Below, one piece after another: positions 58,200 through 64,000 of a DNA stretch of 64,000 nt. A model generated the notes under the pieces. The model did not search any database and had not been told where the DNA came from. It worked only from the letters and a program-made list of their open reading frames with translations. Both the position numbers and the translations under genes were made by a program. The DNA is from Promethearchaeota archaeon (GTDB taxonomy: Archaea > Asgardarchaeota > Lokiarchaeia > Sigyniarchaeales > SOKP01). The stretch spans positions 64,001 to 128,000 of the forward strand of contig JBHLMQ010000006.1 of assembly GCA_048938005.1 (NCBI GenBank), written 5' to 3'. Position 1 is the stretch's first letter; each line of letters begins with the position of its first letter.

Positions 58200-59933
58200 A
58201 TGAGTCAACAAACTAGTAATGAAAAATTTTGGTTAAAATCCTATGATAAACATGTTCCTCCAACATTAACTTATCCAACAGAGGATCTTGGGACATTATT
58301 AACTCAAAATATGAAAAACTATGCTGATAAAGTAGGTTTTTATTTTATGGATCGCACTTTTCTTTTCACAGAAATTTTGGAATATTCCCAAAAATTTGCT
58401 ACATTTTTACAAAAAAATGGTATGAAAAAAGGTGATGTATTAGCCATTGCTTTACCAAATACTCCTCAATATTTATTTTCTGTTTATGGAGCTTATATAG
58501 CAGGAGGTACTGTTACAGGATGTTCACTCCTATTAAGTCCAGATGAAATTGCATATCAAATGAAAGATTCAGGTGCTAAATTTCTAGTTACTATGGATAT
58601 TGTTCATGAAATGCTATTTTCAAAGATCTATGATCGCTTACCAGATTTGAAAGTGATAGTTCCAACAAATATTGCAGAATTTATGGGTATTTCAAAGATT
58701 AAATTGTTCATGGGAAAATTATTTAAAAAGGATCTAAGGGAAAAACTACGTAAGGGTAAAATTATCCCTTGGCCAGGAAAAACTGTAATCCCATTTCTAA
58801 AGGCATTAGATACTGAAATTGATTTGGAAAAAGTTGATATCGATCCTAAAAAAGATTTGGCTTTGATAATATATACGGGTGGCACTACAGGAGTTCCTAA
58901 AGGAGTAGAAGTTGTTCACTCGAATTTGATAGCAAATCTTCATCAATTTGATGTCTGGCTCAATAGAGAGAAAGGTAAAGAAATACTTCTTGCAGCATTT
59001 CCCTTCTTTCACATTGCTGGATTCATTACTGGTCTTTTCTTGAACTTTTTAGGCGGAGCACAAATATTAATAGCAGATCCAAGAAATAATGATCATATAA
59101 TAAAGGAAATCATTGATAAGAAACCTACAAGTTTTGGAAATGTGCCAACTCTGTTTTTAATGATTCAGAAGAATCCACTATCGAAAAAAATCCCACCAGA
59201 AGTATTAGATAACATTTCATTATATGTAAGTGGTGCTGCACCCTTTCCAGCAGAAGCAATAAGAGAATTTGAGAGACAATTCCATACAGAAAATAAGTTT
59301 TTAGAGGTTTACGGATTGACTGAAACTGCGATAGTAACCGGTAATCCTATGTTTGGTGAGAAAAAGCTTGGAACTGTTGGATTACCATGGCCAGATACAG
59401 AGATTAAGTTAATAGATTTAGATACTGGAGAAGAAATAAGAGAGATTGGGCAAACAGGTGAAATTTTAATAAAAGGTCCTCAAGTTGTTAAGCAATATCA
59501 TAATAAACCTGAAGCTACTGCTGCTGCATTTGATAATGAGGGTTATTTCCACTCAGGTGATGTTGGTGTTTTCGATGATGATGGCTATTTAAAGATTGTT
59601 GATCGTACGAAAGACATGCTTAGTGTAAGCGGTTTTAAGGTGTATAGTGTCCATGTTGAAGAAGTAATGACTAAACATCCTGATATTCAAATCCTCGCAA
59701 TAATAGGAGTTCCTAATCCTGATAGACCTGGAGCTGAAATAGTAAAGGCAATTATTCAATTAAAAGAAGGTGTTGAAGCAATTGATAAAGTTAAAGATAG
59801 TATTAAAAAATATGCTGAAGAAAACCTTTCAAAATACGAAGTTCCTAAGATCTGGGATTTTCGGGAAGAACTTCCTTTAACTATGGTTGGTAAAGTAAAG
59901 AAAAAAGCACTTCGCGAAGAATTAAAAAAATAA
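58200..59933 (+). CDS. Long-chain fatty-acid--CoA ligase
   Basis: YTGGTTGVPKG, EVYGLTE, HSGDVG, DRTKDM, LPLTMVGKV. Confidence 0.93.
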   Translation: MSQQTSNEKFWLKSYDKHVPPTLTYPTEDLGTLLTQNMKNYADKVGFYFMDRTFLFTEILEYSQKFATFLQKNGMKKGDVLAIALPNTPQYLFSVYGAYIAGGTVTGCSLLLSPDEIAYQMKDSGAKFLVTMDIVHEMLFSKIYDRLPDLKVIVPTNIAEFMGISKIKLFMGKLFKKDLREKLRKGKIIPWPGKTVIPFLKALDTEIDLEKVDIDPKKDLALIIYTGGTTGVPKGVEVVHSNLIANLHQFDVWLNREKGKEILLAAFPFFHIAGFITGLFLNFLGGAQILIADPRNNDHIIKEIIDKKPTSFGNVPTLFLMIQKNPLSKKIPPEVLDNISLYVSGAAPFPAEAIREFERQFHTENKFLEVYGLTETAIVTGNPMFGEKKLGTVGLPWPDTEIKLIDLDTGEEIREIGQTGEILIKGPQVVKQYHNKPEATAAAFDNEGYFHSGDVGVFDDDGYLKIVDRTKDMLSVSGFKVYSVHVEEVMTKHPDIQILAIIGVPNPDRPGAEIVKAIIQLKEGVEAIDKVKDSIKKYAEENLSKYEVPKIWDFREELPLTMVGKVKKKALREELKK

Positions 59934-60051
59934 GGAACTAAATAATTAAACTTTTTTTTATATCTTTTCTTTAAATGGGCTATAAGCTTAAGTATAAATA
60001 TTCAAAAATTGAAAAATTATTCATTATTAAAAATAAATTTTTATTATAATT

Positions 60052-60867
60052 ATGCGAATAGAAGATTTTGAAGATATTATTTATGAAAAGGAAGATAATG
60101 GTATATGTACAGTAACTATTTCAAGACCTGAAGCTAGGAATGCCGTAACGCATATTACTTTCTTAGAAATATATACAGTTTTAGAAGATATAGAGAATGA
60201 TAAAAATGCTAAAGTGCTTATAATTACAGGAGATCCTAAGGGAAATGCTTTTACATCTGGAGGTTATTTTAGAACAGAAATGCTTGAAAAGATGAAGAAA
60301 TATCCTGAAATAGACCTTATGGATATTGCTCAAAAAAAAGTGTGTATGAAATTTTGGAATTTCACGAAACCTGTCATTGCTGCAATTAATGGAATGGCAA
60401 TAGGGGGTGGTATTACAATGCCCTTAGCTGGTGCTGATCTTATCTACATGGCAGAGGATGCATGGTTTGGATTTTATTTCAGTAAAAGAGCAATTATCCC
60501 TGAATTTGCAAGTACCTTTCTTTTGCCCTTTTATATTGGGTTTCAAAAAGCTAAAGAAATCATCTATTTTGGACAAAAATTAACCGCTCAAGAATCCTAT
60601 GAGCTTGGAATTGTGAATAAAGTTTTACCAAAGGAAGAATTGATACCATATGCTAAAGAACAAGCGTTAAAACTAATCCCCCCTAAAGGCCCAATTCTAG
60701 CAATTAAACTAATGAAAAAAACAATGCATTCATATTTTAGGGAGATTTTAGATAAAACTTTAGATTTGGAAAACAGAGCGTTAAGAAAAACATTTTCATC
60801 TTATGATTTTAACGAATCAATGAAGGCTCTTAAGGAGAAAAGAGATCCTATTTTTAAAGGTTGTTAA
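60052..60867 (+). CDS. Enoyl-CoA hydratase/isomerase family protein
   Basis: RPEARNA, AFTSGG, KPVIAAINGMAIGGG, IIPE, EKRDPIFKG. Confidence 0.9.
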   Translation: MRIEDFEDIIYEKEDNGICTVTISRPEARNAVTHITFLEIYTVLEDIENDKNAKVLIITGDPKGNAFTSGGYFRTEMLEKMKKYPEIDLMDIAQKKVCMKFWNFTKPVIAAINGMAIGGGITMPLAGADLIYMAEDAWFGFYFSKRAIIPEFASTFLLPFYIGFQKAKEIIYFGQKLTAQESYELGIVNKVLPKEELIPYAKEQALKLIPPKGPILAIKLMKKTMHSYFREILDKTLDLENRALRKTFSSYDFNESMKALKEKRDPIFKGC

Positions 60868-60979
60868 AATTAATACTATTCTGAAGTTTAAAATCAGAAC
60901 CATAAAATTTTATAAAATTCTTAGTTGAATAATAATAACACTTTAATTATTTTGATTTTATAATAAAAGGGATTTTTAT

Positions 60980-62533
60980 ATGGAAAATATAGATTTTGAT
61001 GAAAGGCAGGTAATTTCAACTTATCCTGTTATTGTTATTGGTGCCGGTTTAGGTGGACTAGGCGCTGCATGTCAACTTGCATCTCTCGATAAAAAAGTTC
61101 TATTACTTGAAAAGCATAATGTACCTGGAGGATTTGCAACTTCATTTGTGAGGGGACGATTTGAGTTTGAAGGTGCATTACATGAAATAAGTGATATTGG
61201 TACTGAAGGAAATAGAGGTAGTCTATATCGATTTTTCGAGAGAATCGGTGTTGTTCCTGACAAAATTAAGTTTAAACAAATTCCAGAATTTTATCGTAGT
61301 GTATTTTTAGATGGATATGATGTGACTATGCCTATTAATTTAGAAGAATATACTAATAAATTGATTGAGCTCTTTCCTGGAGAAAAAAAAGGAATAGAAG
61401 ATTTCATGGAAATGTGTCAAGCTGTATTCGAAGGAATTAAATTTGTAGCTCGCGCTAGAGGAAGGTTTTCTCCACCGGAAATCTTAAAAGAGCATCCATG
61501 GTTAGCCCGTATATCTGGTCTTACGTTATCTGAAGTATATCAGAAATTTTTCAAAGATGAGAGGCTAATTGCTGTAGTATCTCAATTATGGGGTTATTTA
61601 GGCCTCCCACCTTCCAGAGTAAATGCCTATGCTTATATTGCCATGCTAATTATTTATTTAATCCATGGTGCTGCTTTTCCTATGGGAAGATCTCATGCTC
61701 TAACTAGCGCAATGGTAAAATCTTTTGAAGAATTAGGTGGTGAAATCAGATATAACGCACTAGTAAATCGTATTCTCGTAGAAAATGGAAGGGTATGTGG
61801 AATAGAGCTGTTAAATGGAGATATATATCGCTGTGAAGCTGTAATTTCAAATGCGAATCCAATTTGTACAACAATGAAAATGTTACCAGAAGATATCGTT
61901 CCGGTAAGTTATAAAAAAAAAATCTATGCTGCTGATATTGGACCATCAGGATTTTCAGTATATATAGGCCTTAATGCTTCATATAAGGAATTAGGATTTA
62001 CTGCTCATGAAACCTTTATTAACGAAACATACAATTTAGAAGAAGGTTATAAATCATTCACTAAATTAGAACCTCCTAATTACATGGTTGCGGCCTGTTA
62101 TAATCATGTTTATGAAGATATATCTCCTCCTGGAACAACACAACTTGTTCTTACTACTTTACAAATGGGCAAATTATGGCAGAGTGTCGCCCCTGATCAA
62201 TATTATAAAATTAAGGACTTCATTGCCGACAAAATGGTAAATTTGGTTGAGAAGACGATTTGTCCTAATATTCGGGATTATATTGAAGTCGCTGAAGTAG
62301 CAACCCCACTTACTTATTATCGTTATTCAAAGAATTTAGAAGGAGCGATCTATGGGTATACTCAGGATATTTTGAATGGCCCAACACTGAGACTGAAAAG
62401 CAGAGGTTCAATTCCAGGTTTGTATCAAGCTGGAGCTTGGACAAATATTGGAGGGGGATATTCATCATCCATTCTTGGAGGTAGGATTGCTGCTGGAATG
62501 TATTTAAGAGATAAGAAAGAGGGGAGGTGGTAA
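60980..62533 (+). CDS. FAD-dependent oxidoreductase, phytoene desaturase/retinol saturase (CrtI-like) family
   Basis: VIGAGLGGL, LEKHNVPGG..SF.RG.FEFE, TPLTY.RY..N..GAIYG, GLYQAG.W..GGG. Confidence 0.88.
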   Translation: MENIDFDERQVISTYPVIVIGAGLGGLGAACQLASLDKKVLLLEKHNVPGGFATSFVRGRFEFEGALHEISDIGTEGNRGSLYRFFERIGVVPDKIKFKQIPEFYRSVFLDGYDVTMPINLEEYTNKLIELFPGEKKGIEDFMEMCQAVFEGIKFVARARGRFSPPEILKEHPWLARISGLTLSEVYQKFFKDERLIAVVSQLWGYLGLPPSRVNAYAYIAMLIIYLIHGAAFPMGRSHALTSAMVKSFEELGGEIRYNALVNRILVENGRVCGIELLNGDIYRCEAVISNANPICTTMKMLPEDIVPVSYKKKIYAADIGPSGFSVYIGLNASYKELGFTAHETFINETYNLEEGYKSFTKLEPPNYMVAACYNHVYEDISPPGTTQLVLTTLQMGKLWQSVAPDQYYKIKDFIADKMVNLVEKTICPNIRDYIEVAEVATPLTYYRYSKNLEGAIYGYTQDILNGPTLRLKSRGSIPGLYQAGAWTNIGGGYSSSILGGRIAAGMYLRDKKEGRW

Positions 62534-62536
62534 TAA

Positions 62537-63736
62537 ATGGAGAAAGACATAATGGCAGATATAAAAAAATATCAAAAAGCTGAAAAGTTAAAAAAGTGGC
62601 GAGATGAAGTCCAACCAATACCATGGTATTTTGATGGTTTAGAAAATCTCTGTGACAGAATTCACCCAGAAAAGCAATCAGTACAAATTTCTGATATAAA
62701 ACAACTTTCTTGGGATACAAAATTATATAGACTCATTTCGGCTAATCCAAACAAACTACTTGCTCCTTTCAGAGCTGGATATTATATTGGTATTAATGTA
62801 GAAATAAATGATGTTCGAACCTCACGTCCTTATTCACTTGTATCTTCACCAAATCAATTAGCATATTATGACGTAGCTATTAAAAGAAAAGAGGGAGGTT
62901 TTGTAAGCCCCTATATTCTTGATAATTTAAAGGAAGGCGATGTTTTAGAAATAACAGAACCTATGGGAAATTTCTATTATAATAGAATATTCCATGGAAA
63001 AAATTTAGTGTTTATCGCGGGGGGTTCTGGCATAGCTCCTTTTATTTCAATATTAAGGGATATTTCTGAAAGAGCTTTACCTTTAAATGTATGGTTGATT
63101 TTTGGCTGTTTAACAGAGAAAGATATTTTATTCAGGGAAGAGCTTGAAGATATACAAGTTAGGCGCCCAAATATTCGGATTAAATATATCCTATCAGAAC
63201 CTGGACCAGATTGGACTGGAACTTGTGGATTTATTACTAAAGAAGAGATCCTAAAAGAAATTGGATCAAAACACAATAAATTTTTCTACGTGGTAGGAAA
63301 TCGCCCGATGTATTTCTTTATACAGGAACAATTAGGAGCAATGGGAGTTCCTATTCATCGTGTTATTTATGAATCCTATGGTGTCCCAGATAATGTTACA
63401 GAAGTAATAGGCTGGCCTGATGGCATAAATGCTTTAAAAAATGTCCAAATAACAATCGAATTTATGAAACAAGGAAAGAAATTTAAAGAAGTGTTTAAGG
63501 CACCTTGTGGTGAACCAATCTTAAATAGCATTGAACGAGAAAAAGTACTAGAACAAGAAATTAATAATGGCTGTCGTTCAGGCGCCTGTGCTTTGTGTAG
63601 AACTAAACTTATATCGGGTAAAGTATTTGTGCTCCCAGAAGTGACGATAAGAGAAATTGATCAAAAATTTGGGTTTATCCACCCTTGCGTGTCATATCCA
63701 CTTACTGATATTCATCTAGATTTATCCTTAACCTAA
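62537..63736 (+). CDS. FAD/NAD(P)H-binding oxidoreductase with C-terminal 2Fe-2S ferredoxin (PaaE/KshB-like reductase)
   Basis: RPYSLVS, GFVS, IAGGSGIAP, ESYG, CRSGACALC..CV. Confidence 0.9.
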   Translation: MEKDIMADIKKYQKAEKLKKWRDEVQPIPWYFDGLENLCDRIHPEKQSVQISDIKQLSWDTKLYRLISANPNKLLAPFRAGYYIGINVEINDVRTSRPYSLVSSPNQLAYYDVAIKRKEGGFVSPYILDNLKEGDVLEITEPMGNFYYNRIFHGKNLVFIAGGSGIAPFISILRDISERALPLNVWLIFGCLTEKDILFREELEDIQVRRPNIRIKYILSEPGPDWTGTCGFITKEEILKEIGSKHNKFFYVVGNRPMYFFIQEQLGAMGVPIHRVIYESYGVPDNVTEVIGWPDGINALKNVQITIEFMKQGKKFKEVFKAPCGEPILNSIEREKVLEQEINNGCRSGACALCRTKLISGKVFVLPEVTIREIDQKFGFIHPCVSYPLTDIHLDLSLT

Positions 63737-63842
63737 ATAAAAAAAATTGAAATCTTATATTATTTTTTAACAAATAATAATACAATTAATCATAATAAAT
63801 AGAATAACATACTTTTAAAATGAAAAAAATTAAGTGAAAAGA

Positions 63843-64000
63843 ATGACAGTGAAAGTGTTATCAAAAGAATGGGTTGAAGCTGTTTGTAAAGCTATAAATA
63901 ATAATCCGAATTATAAACCATCAGCGCTTACTTGGGAAGGAGATGTGCTTCTTGTTTTCGAACCAAGTGGTAATTTGGATCATGAAGTGAGAGTATTTCT
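63843..64000 (+). CDS. Partial SCP2 sterol/lipid-binding domain protein; runs off the window edge
   Basis: Not in the ORF track. ATG 63843 reads MTVKVLSKEWVEAVCKAINNNPNYKPSALTWEGDVLLVFEP, matching the S.EW....IN....Y...A..WEGD pattern of archaeal SCP2 proteins. Confidence 0.7.
   Translation, partial: MTVKVLSKEWVEAVCKAINNNPNYKPSALTWEGDVLLVFEPSGNLDHEVRVF

Noticed and set aside
1236-63276. Numerous short ORFs (60-160 aa) in the track that overlap longer genes, e.g. 2686-2874, 16401-16760, 35577-35948, 46274-46747, 62310-62720
   Set aside because: They are antisense or alternate-frame shadows of well-supported genes, with no motifs or SD sequences
1-64000. CRISPR arrays, rRNA genes, transposases or viral genes
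   Set aside because: I saw no regularly spaced repeats, no long GC-rich structural RNA and no such protein motifs

Overview
Very AT-rich archaeal chromosome segment. The gene content points to an Asgard archaeon, most likely Lokiarchaeia/Promethearchaeota: crenarchaeal-type PolB1, Alba, tetraether synthase Tes, CdhB/CdhC, a longin-like protein, many acyl-CoA synthetases and thiolase-DUF35 pairs (inference, no database search run). About 55 protein genes and one tRNA; I saw no rRNA, CRISPR array, integrase or transposase. Main points: (1) a large lipid-catabolism region (about 34.7-64 kb) with a DUF35-Ltp4-like-Ltp3-like-DUF35 operon of thiolase-fold proteins lacking the nucleophilic Cys, as in actinobacterial sterol side-chain aldolases, plus an isovaleryl-type acyl-CoA dehydrogenase, two SCP2 proteins and a CrtI-like oxidoreductase/FNR-2Fe2S pair, suggesting a branched isoprenoid/steroid-type degradation pathway; (2) a perfect 18-bp palindrome matching the Bacillus FadR box next to a TetR gene; (3) several genes whose conserved N-termini can only be made from ATA/ATT (or TTA) start codons; (4) tRNA-Thr(UGU) with a 30-nt D-arm intron; (5) an orphan M-S fusion adenine methyltransferase; (6) a DUF362 gene split at TTT-TGA; (7) a putative phosphate-ester scavenging ABC operon; (8) several uncharacterised domain architectures (SAP-SWIM-OB, tandem DUF2934, HbYX tail, stand-alone 7TM).
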